Origin: Azolla caroliniana
Taxonomy: Eukaryota > Plantae > Polypodiophyta
Direction: 5' to 3'
Length of the DNA: 64,000 bases
NCBI GenBank assembly: GCA_043228905.1
Contig: JBHGNT010000003.1
Coordinates: forward strand, 13,268,001-13,332,000
Shown: positions 12,345 through 26,099 of the stretch, one piece after another
Position numbering within the stretch: position 1 is the stretch's first letter
How the letters are laid out: each line of letters begins with the position of its first letter
The notes under the pieces: generated by a model
The model's database searches: none
The model's input: the letters and a program-made list of their open reading frames with translations, nothing else
What the model was told of the DNA's origin: nothing
Position numbers and translations under genes: made by a program

Positions 12345-15268
12345 GGCCCACTCAACGGAAATGAGATCAGACTCTCTCTCAAAGCTCCAATGTCCTCATC
12401 ATGCGAAGGCATCTCAGCCTCGCTGACTTCTTCTTCAGAATTCGGAATGGATTCATGGGGTACTGGAAGGGAAGGGAAGTACCACGAAGCGAACTCGTCG
12501 AACACGACATCTGGACTTACGCGTACTTCCTTTGTTCGGGGGTGATAACACTTATACCCCTTCTGCACGTCTGAATAGCCGACTAAGATGCACTTTTCGG
12601 CTTTGGCGTCCAGCTTCCCCCTCTTTTCCTTTAGCACATGCACATATGCAATGCTATCGAAAATCCTCAAGTCTGCCAAGTTTGACTTCTTCCTGAAATA
12701 CAATTCATGTGGCGACACTCCTCCATTAGTAGAAGTCCAATTCTGCAAGTAGACAGCCATCCTCACGGCATCAGCCCAATAGAATTTCAGCATATGCTTC
12801 TCTTCACACATTGCCCTGGCCGCTTCTTCGATTCTCCGATTCTTCCGCTCGGCCACGCCGTTCTGCTACGTGTATCTATACGAGAATTCGCGTCGAATTC
12901 CCTCCTTCTATAGATAAAATGTGAACTGGTTGGAGAAGTACTCCTTCCCACCATCAAACCGTAGGCATTTGATCTTACGCCTTGTTTCCCTTTCCGCAAG
13001 GCTCTTCACCTTCAAGAAACATGCGAAGACTTTGCTCTTCTTCGCGATCGTGCATACCCACGTGTGCTAAGTGAAGTCTTCGATGAAGGTTATGAAGTAA
13101 TGACTTCCACCGAGACTCACGTTCTGTGCCGGACCCCACACATCCAAATGGATCTAATCCAGTGGATTTCGACTACGATTACGCTCGTTGGGGAATGGAA
13201 GTCGGTGTTGTTTTCCCATCTGGCAGGCTTCGCAGACTTGGCCATTCCGGCCTCGAAATTTCGGCAAGCTGAACACAATGTTCTTCGTCTGCATTTCACA
13301 AAGTCGTGGGAAGTTAATATGGCCAAACCGCTTATGCCACAGGTCAATGTCCGACTCGACCTTCTGTCCTTTCACAAACATAACGGTGCCCACATTGTTG
13401 GTTTCAAGGATAAACATCCTCCCTTCACGGCGCCCTTGCGTGATTACTTTGCCCTCCTCTTCTATGAAGCACCCTAGATGCGTGAATCGAACCTGCATCC
13501 CTTGGTCGACGATATGACCGATCAACACCAGGTTCTTCGTTATTGTCGGGACGTGTAGCACGTTCAAGAGTTTCCCTTTCTACCCGACATGGCTGAGGGG
13601 AACTTCACCGACATGTTCGATGGTATGTGGGTTGTCATCTCCCGTTTCGACTACCCCTTGCTTTTCCGGCTTCTCCAAGTACGAGAACCATTCCTCGTGA
13701 CTCGTCATATGATTTGACGCTCTAGAATCAACATACCACACCTCGCTCGATTTAAAGGTGTTCACGGCCATTGAATTGGCCTTGTGCTTCATTACAAAGG
13801 CAGGTCCCGATCCATTTCCAACTTGTTCGGAGTCCTCAGCGTAGTGCGACTTTTCACGCCTTCCTGTGTCTCTTCCGCTCGATCCGGCTTTGTCCAAATC
13901 GGCTTTCTTTTTCCAGCACTCCCTCTCCTTGTGGCCTTTCTTGCCACAATACCAGCATTCTGTCCACACCGTTACGGCCATGTTGTGCATAACTGTTTTA
14001 CACACCCGATTACACACCGAATGTTGAGCTTGTCTCTCAACATCTTCCATAGTTGGAACACAATTGAACATGATTGCAATGTGACGTACATTGATTCCGA
14101 CATGTGCATCCGAATGGTGGCGCGGACAATTCAGTCCAACTTCATCCACTCATTTCGCTTCTATCCTTCTACAGTGTTTTCAGTCTCGATTGGGTCCATC
14201 TGACCCTTGACTATCAAATAGTCTTACATCTACTCCTTCAAGAAATTCAAGTTTGATACGTTGAACTTAGAATCATCTTTGATATGCTGGATGTTTTTGC
14301 CATCTGTATCGATTGGTAAGGCTTTGTCTAGAACCGACTACGAACAGTGGTAGGGTGGAACCGGCTAGCTCACCTGAATTCGTTCTAGACGGATTTGGAC
14401 ACGAGTCGATCGGCTTCACTATTGGCAAGTTCTGTCCAGAGTGACTACAGCTAGTCGGCCTAGCCGAATTGGACCCAAATTACCGATTAGGTTTCGATGA
14501 TAATTGGATGCTATGTTTGCTCAAAGTGGCTACAACGAGTGGAGGGATAGAATCGACCAGTCTTCCTGAATATCGCCTAGTCGAGTTGAGCACAGTGCCA
14601 ATCTGGTTCCGAATACCAATTTCAGAGGCTGATCACATATTATGTGCCATTCTTGACGTCGAGCCTGTTCCAAATGGCTATAGTGGTTGGGTAGATAGCG
14701 TCGACTGACCTGCCATATGGAAAACAGTTGGGGCCGTTATAGTAGAGATCCCACTTTGAGTGGTTACAATCATAGGAGCAAAAAGCAGCTGACTTGCTTA
14801 CTTTAGAGGTGATTAACACAGTGAGATGCAGATCTGCAATTGTCTTTCTCTTTTCAAAATGAGACCTTGGTGGTTGAAGATAGATGAGGAGAAACAACGA
14901 ATTGAAGAACCTTGCTCTGATACCAGATGTTGCAGATAAGCCCTTCAGTCTGGAAACGAGAACAACATCTTCTGATAAAGATCACCAAGTTGATAACAAA
15001 GATTAACAAGTTAACTTCCTAATATCAAGATCAAGATAGATTCTTAGAGAGAAAGAGACAAAGAGGCACACAATATGTAAGTGTATTATTTGAACTCAAA
15101 GTTACAATGGAGGAAACAACACCACCACATAACTAGGTTACAAAGGTCAGTTTAAATACTAACCGACCTCGGGCAACTACCCTTCCCAATAAATTTACAA
15201 ATATGGCCTAGACCTAATCTGTCCAATGGGACAGTGTGAATACGTCCATTATGAATCCGTATTCGACA

Positions 15269-17800
15269 CTCTGCTCTAATGATGTCATGAGGCACAATCG
15301 ATTTGCTTCGGAGTTGATGTGTAACATCATCATCATCAGTGGTTTCTCTAATTGTGCCCACATCAAAGGGTGGTATCCATGGAGCCCAAACCACTAATGC
15401 ATACATGAGGGAAGGGGTCATTAATCAGTTGAAGAGCCACCCCTTAATTCATGGGTCTTGAAATTATGCATGGTGGCGTTATCTCTCTAAGAAAGAGAGG
15501 GATGCATATCCTCTTGTTAGTCTATCTTTGGTTGCTTGTGTCATCGAAAATTTACTTGAGCTAGCATTGAAGGTGACTCCAAGATATACATATGATCCAA
15601 CTACTTCAACTAGTCTATGAGAGAGTGTTAGGTGACATTTAGTCCTAGCTCACGCAGATGTGTGGAAGATAATGACTTTTCCCCTAGATTCACTACCAAT
15701 CTACTTTGTGTGCAAAAGTCATCTAAAGCATTAAAGGGCCTTTGTAGGTCGCGCTCAGACTCCCTAGGACTACTTAGTTGCCTCCCTTACTAGCAATAAA
15801 ATTAGTGATCTCATTGAATGTAGATCTCAAAAAGAGTCAATGATAGGGGACAACCTTGTTTTACACCAATGGTGCTAGTGAAACGATTGGATAGGCCGCC
15901 TAGACATTGTACGCACCTAGAGACTTGCTCATATAAAGTGCATCGATGGCCCAAATCTTGTAATCTAGTATCTCCAAGCTTTTAAGCCTATCAAATAACC
16001 GTTTTCTAGGGACTATGTCAAAGGCTTTGTGGAAGTCCACAAAACAACAATATAATTTCTTCTTGCAAGCCTTGGTATGGTCAATTAAGCATGTAAGTGT
16101 GAAGATATAGTCAATAGTAAAGAAGGCTCATCTAAAGGGGGTTTGTCACGTGCTCGAAGACTTAATGTCTCCATATAATCATTGAGCTCTGCTTCCATCA
16201 CTACACCTTATAATTTAGCAAGCATATGACCAATCATAATGGTCCTATATGTATTTGGGTCCATGGAGTCCCCTCCGTTATGTATAGTGGCTATTGTGTT
16301 CATGGTCCACTATGGTGGAAAATCCTCCGTGCGAGCACAGTTGAAGAGTAAATTGAGAAAATGAACAAGGCACTCTCGAGCATATATCATATGTTCAACT
16401 TGCAATCCTGTATGACCCATGGAATTTCTACGTTGTAATTTTTTTATGTCCTTAGTGACCCTAAAGGTCATGAAAAAATGTCCTTGTGGTAGGTCGAGGT
16501 GTAGAAGGCATAAGAATGGGTGGCTAGTTTGGGACTTGGAAAAGTATCTCTGTATACATATGCCAAGTGTTAAGATCCTCGATGGGTGTTTGTGGTCTTG
16601 GTTCCCATAGTCCCTTCCATGCAATCAAGCAATCGCTACTCATGAGCATATGGAAGATTTCCCAATATTGAGATGCCTCCCACACTCTTACGATGTGTCA
16701 ACATGCGCATTTCTTTACGAGCATGTATGTACTGAGGTAATAGTACCACTACGTCAGAAGACTTTAAGTTGTCTATATAAGTCTCTACAATCCTCATTAT
16801 ACCATCTATTTTGTGGCATTGACCTTTCTCTACCTTGCTTAGAGTATTTCGTGTGTGGGAAACTACTAATTGCTACGAAATGAAGGATGTGTGTGAGTTG
16901 TGTGGTAACATTCTCTAAAGGCAAGGAAGAATCAAGAGAGGTGAGGTGAGTTTGAACATGCTGAGAGTAGATATCCGAGAGCTCATGTGTGAAATATATT
17001 ATGGTGTGATGGATTGGTTAGGTAGAGTTGGTGGTGTCGGTGATATCACTTTTTAGCTCAAAGTATAAGAAGCTATGGTCACGACTCACCACAATAGGGT
17101 ATGGGCCCACTAGAAGGAGTTGATCATGTGGATACCTTCAAGGCATTGTATTAGATAATCGATCATGCTTTCCCCTCCTCCATGCGGAAAACATGTGAGC
17201 CCAACCACTTTGCTAAACCAGAATATATGAGCATCTAGTGCCAACTTCCAAGTTTGAGCAGATGATGGCCAAAGCTTGTGGTGTTTGCACCTTGGTCTTT
17301 TGATCTATGTGTCATGCCTATAGCTAAAGAATCAACACTGGTCATTTTTAGGTTTTTATCTATCTGAAATATTATGCATTGTCGGGATTGGGTTCTCACA
17401 TTGAAATCTCCTACAAGGAAGACTTCCCCTCTGGATTATGTCATCCAATAAAGGTTTGCATTGGAAAGGCCCATGTCACACTCCTTGATCAACTAATCTC
17501 GCATCTCTAGCCATATTAGAACAGGATCCTTTTGGGGGAAAGTAACAAATGGCGAAAAATATGCATGTTCTTTGGTACTAAGGACTTTCACCCACATAGA
17601 ACAAGCTTCTAGGTCTATTCTTAGTATTTCTTAATTTAACCCTTTCGTTATCATTTATGTATGTGGCCATCACCGCACACACTATACTTTAATAGCTAGA
17701 AGGTTCAAATTTCAATGCAAACAACCTTGTATAATAGTGATAAAGCAAGGCTTGTTCGGACGGACTACCTACTAGAGATAGTCAAAGCGTAATGAAATAA
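15269..17800 (-). mobile_element. Degenerate LINE (APE-RT remnants, second family)
   Basis: Minus-strand remnants of YRTIMIG, CFVDFHKAFD and QGCPLS-like motifs plus endonuclease-like segments; heavily decayed, ends approximate. Confidence 0.7.
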
Positions 17801-18487
17801 AGAATTTGAGCACTAGAAAAGCCAAGCATTAAATTAGGACTACCCTATGCCAATCATGCAAAGATGGATAAAGATGGATAGTTCTAGTATCTATGGTATG
17901 GCTTTCTTAGCCCTTGGTTTTGTTGTTCAAATCTTCACGAAGAATGGTGATTCAATTTGTGAAAGGTACAAACACAGATTGGTCATCGTCCTTTGCCAAT
18001 CGTGCCTTTCCAAATAAGGGCAATGTTCATAATGCATTCTTGGCCATCTTGAAGTTACATCTCTTTTGGGTTTTTCTTACTTTATACCAAGTGCATCCAG
18101 AATTTTGTGATTTGGACATCCATAAAAATCAAACCACATGGTTCTCAAAGACTTTGATACCCAATCGATATGAACTGTAGAGAGAAAGTTGTGGCTAGAT
18201 TATTTGATCTCAAATCATGTTATTGATAAGAGTAATTAACAACCCTTTACAGTCTTCACATTATGATCTCAAATACTATTATACATAGATCATAACAAAC
18301 CTTTATAGTCTTCAGAAGATAACTCTAATACATGAGTATTTTGAAATTACAAACAGGGATCACGCGAAATATATATAGTATCCCAGTTAGTACATTTTTC
18401 CTCGGAATGTACTTACTTGTACATTATTGCAGAGCAGACGAACCTGGAATGTTCAAACTTATCAACGGAATAGAAAACGGCAAAGCC

Positions 18488-21400
18488 TCATACAAAGCGA
18501 TGATCATGAAACAATTGATTTGGACCATCACGTCCAGACTCTGAAAAGCTCTTCTTTAATATATGGGTTCCTTCTTGTCGCCTCACCATCACATCCTCAA
18601 TGGATTTTGCACATTTTAACACCAGCAAATCTGAATCTACCTCCCCCGCAGCTGTAAGAAGTTTAATCCAGTTCTCTGAAAGGACAAAAAATAGCAATAA
18701 TTTAAGTTTCCATTACCCTTTCCAGAGGGGCAGCGAAACATAATTTAACTTTTCATAATTCTGGTATGGAAAATGAAGGTGCTATACAAAAGCGTGCACA
18801 AACCTTGTGTAGGCTGTATTTGTATTTCGCAAAGAGTCTTCAGAATGCCAATTCCATACTGGAATTCAGAAACAATTTGTAAGGGCAAGATTGATGTATA
18901 TGTATTTTAACGCAGTAGCCTGAACTGACCTTGTGTGCCGCTTGGAGGAGGTCAATGCCCCTGTGTCCAATGAACTCAGGATCTAATGAGCCAGTATAGA
19001 TGAACTTAATCATTGCCTTGGCTATGCTGAAGGATACATCTCTGAGCTCGAGTACATTCGAATTGTGAATTGCCAAGCCCTCCAAATTCAATTTGAGCTT
19101 CTGCATTATTTTAGATTGAAACAGGTCAAATGCATGAAATGCAAAATATTAGTTTCTAATCAGGCTAATTGAGACTTACCTTTGATGCCCCACTGAGCAA
19201 TATCCTGAGGGCATTGATTTCCTTGCCTTCAACACTTACATTGATGGTACTATGATTTCCACTTTCAAAAACATTACTCCATCCTTTTGTCACAAAACTT
19301 GTGGTGTCTGGAGAATTTTCATGAACTCCCTTCTTCGCCATTTTCTTCAAGGTAGCTCCTGCCAGCAACTTCAACACTGCATCCCAGTGTCGGTACTCCC
19401 AACCTGCAAGTAAAGATAGCGTGATTTCCAACTACTCCAGGTGCATGGATAGACAAGTTTAAATCTACGAGCATCCCCTCAATTTGGATTGAGTAGCCAT
19501 CTGTGAATGTAACGAAATAGAAATTATTCAACAAGCCAGGCAACATAGAACAAACCACAGTGTATTGAAAAAGCCTGCTCAGAGAACATACAATGTGAAC
19601 AGAATTGCTGATTGACGTCTCCTAAAAACATTGGATCATGCCATATTGCAGGCTAGCTAATATACCTTTGAGATATTGCAATATATTCAAGGGATATTAT
19701 CTTTCAGGATCTCATTTATTTAGATTATAAATCCTTTATAGAAAGAAAAAAGGAAACAAGTCATGCTTGCAAATACTATGAATTCAAGCAAAACAGAGAC
19801 AAATGGAAATAAGGAACAGAAACATGACGCAATCTGCATGAGCAGAATATAAACTTTTAACCAATGTGAATAAACAGCATATGCTCCATAGTAAGAAATC
19901 CATCAAAGTATTCATCTTCAAGTTGAATCCTTTCATATTGATACTGAGTTTGATTGATGTTGTTTCATGCATGCCTATAAGATAATGGCAACCTTTTCTG
20001 GATGAACTAGATAACATACGGCATTGCAATATATATATTGAAGTGATAAGATGCTGGGTCTTAGTCTTTGGATTATAAGACATTAGGGCTTCTAAAAATG
20101 ACGCAGACAGCTCAGCACCAAATGCTAAAGGAAATAGAGCTAGTAAAGTTTGATCCATTTCTGTTGCAAAGTAGATTGTAGGGCTTTAGCCTTAAAGTGC
20201 ATCAAGTATTTCTATTGTAGGGTTCCATCAATGTTGGACGCCCTCCTCAAAATCTGTTACACACATGGGTATATACAGCGTTCTTCAGTTTCTGGTCTGT
20301 TGAGTTCACCACGTTTTGCATTCGTATCTGAAAATATTAAACTTCCTCAGCTACACAAAATATCTATAAATGTTGAACACGTTATATAAATTAGAGTACC
20401 CACATTAAACAGGATGTAAGGCAGCAGATGGCATTTCCTCTATTTTAGAAAACAATTGTCACATGACCCTATCACTATATGGCCCAATTTGGAGGTCCAA
20501 TTTCAGTATGCGCATTAAAATCTTAAAAATCAAATCAAAGCCTAGACTTACCACTAGAATCTTGTCTAACAACTTGACATTGCCATTCTTAGGAAGGTCT
20601 TCTGGACACTGGTAATGTTAACAAAATAATATTGATACCAAACAGGAGATTATCTAGCTCTAGATGGATATTAATTGTTGAGAAAATTAGTCTCATTATT
20701 CCCTTACCTCCCCGCATCTATATTTGTGTTGGTTATGAACCTTTTAAATCTGTCTTCAGGATTCTTATTGTTTCCAGTTAGCTTCAATTCAGTGAGACAC
20801 AACTTGCTAAGACACAATATAGTTTTGCGGCTGCCATGAGGAGAAACGATTATAACAAACACATGCAAGGATAATGAAGAACTCTAGCAACTGACTATCT
20901 GAAACTACCATAAACACATGCAAGCATGATGAACAAGAATCAAACAGATGGCTGCAAATCAAGAAAGTCCTTCACTACCTTGAACTTCACCAGAAGTTTA
21001 TACGCATGCATGTAATTGTATAGTTTGGGCAGAAGCTAAATATCACAAAATACAAGGATGCATAAGATCCAGTCAAATCACCTAACTTCTGGCAAGTTAT
21101 TATCATTACAAAAAACAAGACTGTAAAATATTGCTAATTGCCAACTTTTCTCTAGAAAATGTCATATAATTGACCAGTAGAGCTCCTTTGCAATCATTGC
21201 ATATCCTATGTTAAATTTTCCAACTGAAGATTAAATTTACCAAAATATCTTGAATATCAAACAATTAGCAAGGATTCGATAAGAAGAAATACCACGTAAG
21301 TAAAGCACTGACTTCAGTTCCAACGCTAGAAGTAGTGGTGTCTTCTGGTCTAAGCTGATCTTTTTTGTTTCCAGGGATGGAGATGCTGCATCAGAGTAAC

Positions 21401-21880
21401 TCTTTGCATCATAGCGCCGCACAATTGACAGCTTCTTTGATATCCCTTGCGAAGGCATTGGTGCAGCTTTGAAACATGGATCTGCACCTCCCTGGTTCAG
21501 CAGACACTCTATCACATCCAGCTTCCGCCGCAACTCAAACTTATACACAGACAAGTGCAGAGCTGTCATGCCCTATTGACACCACAAAAAACATGAACAG
21601 ACAAGCAAGAAACAAATTCTCTCTGTCTCTCTGATATCCATTGAGCTTATAGCAGCTTTACCTGGTCATTATAGGCATTGACATCGATTATGCATTTCTT
21701 GAGTAGGATATTTAGAAGCTGAAGATTTCCTTCTTCAACACTCCGGAAGAAGCTGGATACGTTTTGTGAAGCTTTTTTCTGGTCATGATAATCGTCGTGA
21801 GATATGGCAACATCTTCACGGTGAAATGAAGCCGTAGGTGATGAAGGTATGTCACCTTCATATCGAGGAGGTTCTTCCAT
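18488..21880 (-). CDS. Ankyrin-repeat + BTB/POZ domain protein, 6 coding exons, 378 aa
   Basis: Exons 21880-21662, 21572-21293, 19403-19180, 19100-18930, 18858-18804, 18675-18488 with GT-AG introns; total 1137 nt in frame. Ankyrin motifs (DVNAYNDQGMTALHL, KTPLLLA); BTB motifs (VSVEGKEINALRILLSGAS, KAMIKFIYTG, LLQAAHKYGIGILKTLCE). Confidence 0.85.
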
Positions 21881-22085
21881 CTCCTTGTCTGTGTCATACG
21901 GAAGAAGCTGAATATATAAAATGAGAATTTCTTTCTATATATGTACATACTACATATACTATATATATATATATATATATATGTACATATTAATTAGCGA
22001 ACGCCGTAAGTAAAATGGATTCTTAAGCAAATAAGTGAATATTAATTAGCGGCACCATTAATCATCTAATCATCTAACCATTAAT

Positions 22086-22573
22086 ACTACAAATGTTGCA
22101 CCTAACTACAAAACCATATTCTCCGCGGAACGGGGAAGCCGTACACATCAATACATGTTAGAGCCCATCTCGATATCTACCATTCGAACCATTGGTTCCA
22201 TGCGACTTAGCTCGCACGCATTGAAATGTGAGATGGGGCGTTGGGGCACAAGTGATGAGAGTGGCCGACTATGCACACTTTGCCCTAAACAAGTTCGAGA
22301 GTCTGAGTATCACACTTTGATACAATGCTCTGCCTTTGTCATATTCGTCCATGCTTTCCACATCTCTTCGATCGAGCCCAATCCTTGCACGAATTTCTCT
22401 CACAACCAAGATGTGCACTCTCGATTGCAACATTCATTGGTAAAGTTCTTGAACATCGAGAGTTGCTACTCACCTTCACACGTATCACGTGAAATGTAAT
22501 ATTTTTTGTCTCATAGGTCATATTTGACCTCCGAAGACGATAATATAATCTATCTATCTGTCTGTCTATCTCT
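22086..22573 (+). mobile_element. 5'-truncated copy of the LINE family at 1-4832
   Basis: Near-identical to 4360-4830 including the (TATC)n tail; ~200 bp upstream of the ANK-BTB start codon. Confidence 0.9.
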
Positions 22574-23165
22574 CAATGAAAACGCACAATTATATTAATA
22601 AATGTGTGTGAAAAACACGAGTTACAATGGGTCTCACAATAGAGTATGGTCACCCTGTAGCCCCTACTAGAAAATCTCCTGCTTCTTATGAACCTAACTA
22701 AGATTTAAAATTTTTAACCGGCCACTTTCCTACAACTGATAATGTCATTTTTAGCATATACCAAATCAAATTATTATTTTTAGTGCAATACCAAATCAAA
22801 TAAATCACACAAAAAAATAGCACTGCCCTTTGCCTTTCGTTTTTGTTGTGGGCCATAATTGATCAATATTGTAGAAAACGTTGGACTAACATAATCTATG
22901 GATTCCATTTACAAGAAAGGGAAACATATTTATACACAATCCATGTATTCCAAAGAGAATAATAAAATTAAGAAAAGTAAAATATCTCGGATATATGGAA
23001 GATATGAAACAATAAAGGATCTTGTTTCAACTATGGATCTTCCAATATATCAAAAAATAAAGAAGAAAGAGGAAGGGTCATATTAGCCTACGCGCACATG
23101 AAGTCACATTTTAATGTAAAAGAAATCGAGTCAATGCACATGTAAAGAATGGAGAGTGTAGTTGA

Positions 23166-23208
23166 TGTTGTGCAGCGGAAGAAAACTATGTGTTTGTTTG
23201 TGTAACAG

Positions 23209-23243
<35 letters not shown>

Positions 23244-24487
23244 AAGACAGAGCTTAGAGAGACAAAGAACAATAAGCTATATTAGAAAATATGAAATACA
23301 TCCAACTATGACTTAGTTGCAAAAGGGTTGGTTTAAGTACCAAATAACTTAAGGAAACTGTCCTTTCTACTATTTACAAAAACTAGCTTGAACCTAGAGT
23401 GTTCGTTGCTAGTGTGAAAGTCATTGCATTGAGGTAGTCGGGTTTGATTCTCAACATGCCCCTTCAAACACAACTTCCGATCGCTAGAAAGTCATCTTGT
23501 TGTTTGGTTCATTTTGGCTCTCTGAGTTCCTCGATGCTATGTTCGGATAGTCAATTGGGTCGGCTTTGACTGTTCTCCTTCGTCTTCAACTCCCCTCGTG
23601 AGATCGGTTTCTTACTTCGATCGACTAATTGTCTGCTATGTTCTACTCATCGGTGGGGTCATCAGTGGTGTTGTACTCCCCCTCAAGCTCGACAATGCAG
23701 GTATCGTTAGACCAAGGTCTAACATGAATTGCTTGAGCTTGTCGACTCCTATGGCTTTCATGAAGATGTCGGCTACTTGAAGGTTCGTGTTGATGTGCTG
23801 CAAGTCAACATCTCCAGCTTGCATGCGCTCTCAGATGAAGTGATAGTGCACTTCAATATGCTTGGTGCGCATGGAACATTGGGTTCCAGGCTAGATAAAT
23901 ATTGTTCATGTTGTCGCAGTAAAGGAGAATTGGATCCTTGATGGGAACGCCCAGATCCTTCAATATTCTTTTTAGCTAAACGGCTTCACATGCAACCACG
24001 GCCACACCCCTATATTCAGCTTCTGTGCTCAACAATGTTGCATCTTGTTGTTCCAAGATATGGCTCCACTGCCAAGGGAGAAGGCGAATCCGGATGTGGA
24101 TCGTCAGTCGATCTTTTAGCAAGCCCAAATTGCATCTGTGTACCCTTCGAGTCAAACGACTGTGTCTGACTTATACATGACACCATAATCCATTATCCCA
24201 CTAACGTACCTGAGTACCCTCTTAACGCAATCCAAATGAATATCCCGAGGTTTCTGCATGAATTGGCTGAGTAGATCGACCGAATAGCTGATGTCGGGTT
24301 GAGTGATGGTGAGATAGATTAAGCTACCGATCAGCTGACAATACTTAGTTGGCTCACACTCTTGTATTCCAGAGTTGGCATCGAGCTTTAGGTTTCGATC
24401 AAGAGGGGTTGACATATGTTTGCACTCTGTCATCTTGAGCTTGTATAGCAAGTTGACAATGTAGTGACGTTGAGAGATCATCATCTT
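23166..24487 (-). mobile_element. Ty1/copia 3' fragment (RT end, RNase H, 3' LTR 23166-23456)
   Basis: LIGSLIYLTITQPD and VADIFMKA..LRGS motifs; PPT-like tract at 23457-23465; TGTTG...CAACA LTR termini. Confidence 0.8.
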
Positions 24488-25042
24488 GACTAGTTCCCCA
24501 TGACTTTTATGTTAGGAAACAGGTCCCTCCAGAAGGGAAGGAGAATGCGAGTCAGAGAGAAAGGTAAGCTAAATTGGTCAATAGCAACTCGCCCGAGGCC
24601 GATAGGCCAAGGCCGAAAATTTGACTGATTCCCTATTCGATAGAGGCCGAAAAATCGAATAATAAACACATTCGGGTTCACAAGTTGAAGGATCGCGCGT
24701 TCCACTTGTAGAATCTTCTTGAAAATATCCAAATATACCCTCTCTACGAAAATTGGATGCACTAGTATCACATGTTCCACAACTTGATTAGAATTTGCAA
24801 ATATAAAAATCCATGATAGATCTCCGAGTGGAGATCATTAGAAATTCAAATAAGTTTGGATGTGTTGATAAGTTAATGTAGGCATAATAAAGTTCAACAA
24901 TGGCTCAATATCTCACTAATTTGTGACATGGCAAACACTAAGTTAAAGACTTATATTATTTTGGTAAGTTTTACAAAAATATGAGATGTACTTGTGACCA
25001 TACTAATAAAATGAGTTATAATTTATACTTTGACCCATACTC

Positions 25043-25321
25043 GTATGTATATAATTGTGGACAATGTAGGATAGTGAACTTTAGGATAATGTGATTAGAA
25101 TAACAAACTTATTAAGGTATTTAATACTTGTATTTAAAGTTGATCTAATCTATTCCTTAGTTTGTTCGCATGGGATCAAACCATATGTATTTAATTGTGG
25201 ACAACGTAAGACAGTGAACTTTAGGATAATGTGATGGAAATAACAAACCTATTAAGGCTTTCAATACTTGTATTTAAAATTGATCTAATCTATTCCTTAG
25301 TTTGTTCGCATAGGATCAAAC
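25043..25321. repeat. Diverged tandem duplication of ~139 bp
   Basis: TATGTA..AATTGTGGACAA...GGATCAAAC occurs twice in succession. Confidence 0.8.
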
Positions 25322-26099
25322 TCTGAACAATAACGCAAGTGGAACTACAAGCGTATAAAAACATGCGGATAACGCTAGTGGAACCATTATCCACACATTA
25401 CACAATCTAAGCAGCAATGGAAGAGAAACATAATAGTTTTAACAATAGAAGACAAAGGTCCATAATATATGGATTGGTATATATTAGACACGGAATGACA
25501 ATCTCGACAATTGATTGCAAATAACAACATGGACAGTCATGGCAACAATTCTACGAGCATGTTATGTTAAGGTAAAGTTTGATTGAAATCAGCCTTAATG
25601 TAAACTAATTCTTATTTCTCCATATTGGTAATTAGCAATGCACGCGGTGAAACCAATGACATAAGTCAATAAACCAAGTATATAGAAATAAATTTGAAAC
25701 ATATAGAAGATTATAAAGAATGGAATACACCATGTAGAACCCAAATTTTGTATTATTAATGTGAATTCCAAACAATATATTTCGTGAACAAAAGAGTCTA
25801 TTACATAACAATCAAATCGTCAATGTCATATCTCTTATAGAAGTCTCTTCGGCTATACGTGCATTGTCTTCCCCTGTTAGCCGAGCGAACGTAATGTTAC
25901 GACCATCCTGGGGGCTTCACTGTCAAAACTTGTATGATAGCACGTGAGTTCATCAAAAGGGGTTTAAATTAGTCACTGAGATATAGAATGTATATATATA
26001 AGGGTATTAATAAATATTTTGAAAATATATTTACATAAGGCTATTATCAACTATGCTTGATTTTTTTTTTATATAAGCCCATGAAATATTAGATATGTC

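Larger units (their letters stand above)
9081..14042 (-). mobile_element. Ty1/copia element B (same family as C), with a deletion from 5' LTR into gag
   Basis: TSD TCTTC (9076-9080 / 14043-14047); 3' LTR 9081-9473; 5' LTR remnant ~13965-14042; CCHC knuckle, protease WYVDS, integrase, RT and RNase H in copia order. Confidence 0.92.
7275..15268 (-). mobile_element. Ty1/copia element A (5' LTR 14928-15268, Met PBS, gag, integrase, RT start), 3'-truncated and interrupted by element B
   Basis: PBS TGGTATCAGAGC at 14925-14914; gag continuous across the B insertion (FQLWK|TLSNTYEKK); GAG-pre-integrase LWHDRL; RT start EMNSIRQNKTWD. Confidence 0.85.

Noticed and set aside
19784-20158. 124-aa minus-strand ORF within the ANK-BTB intron
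   Set aside because: No recognisable domain; flanking exons splice in frame without it
23410-23456. B-box-like GGTTTGATTCTC in a copia LTR
   Set aside because: No properly spaced A box and only one copy
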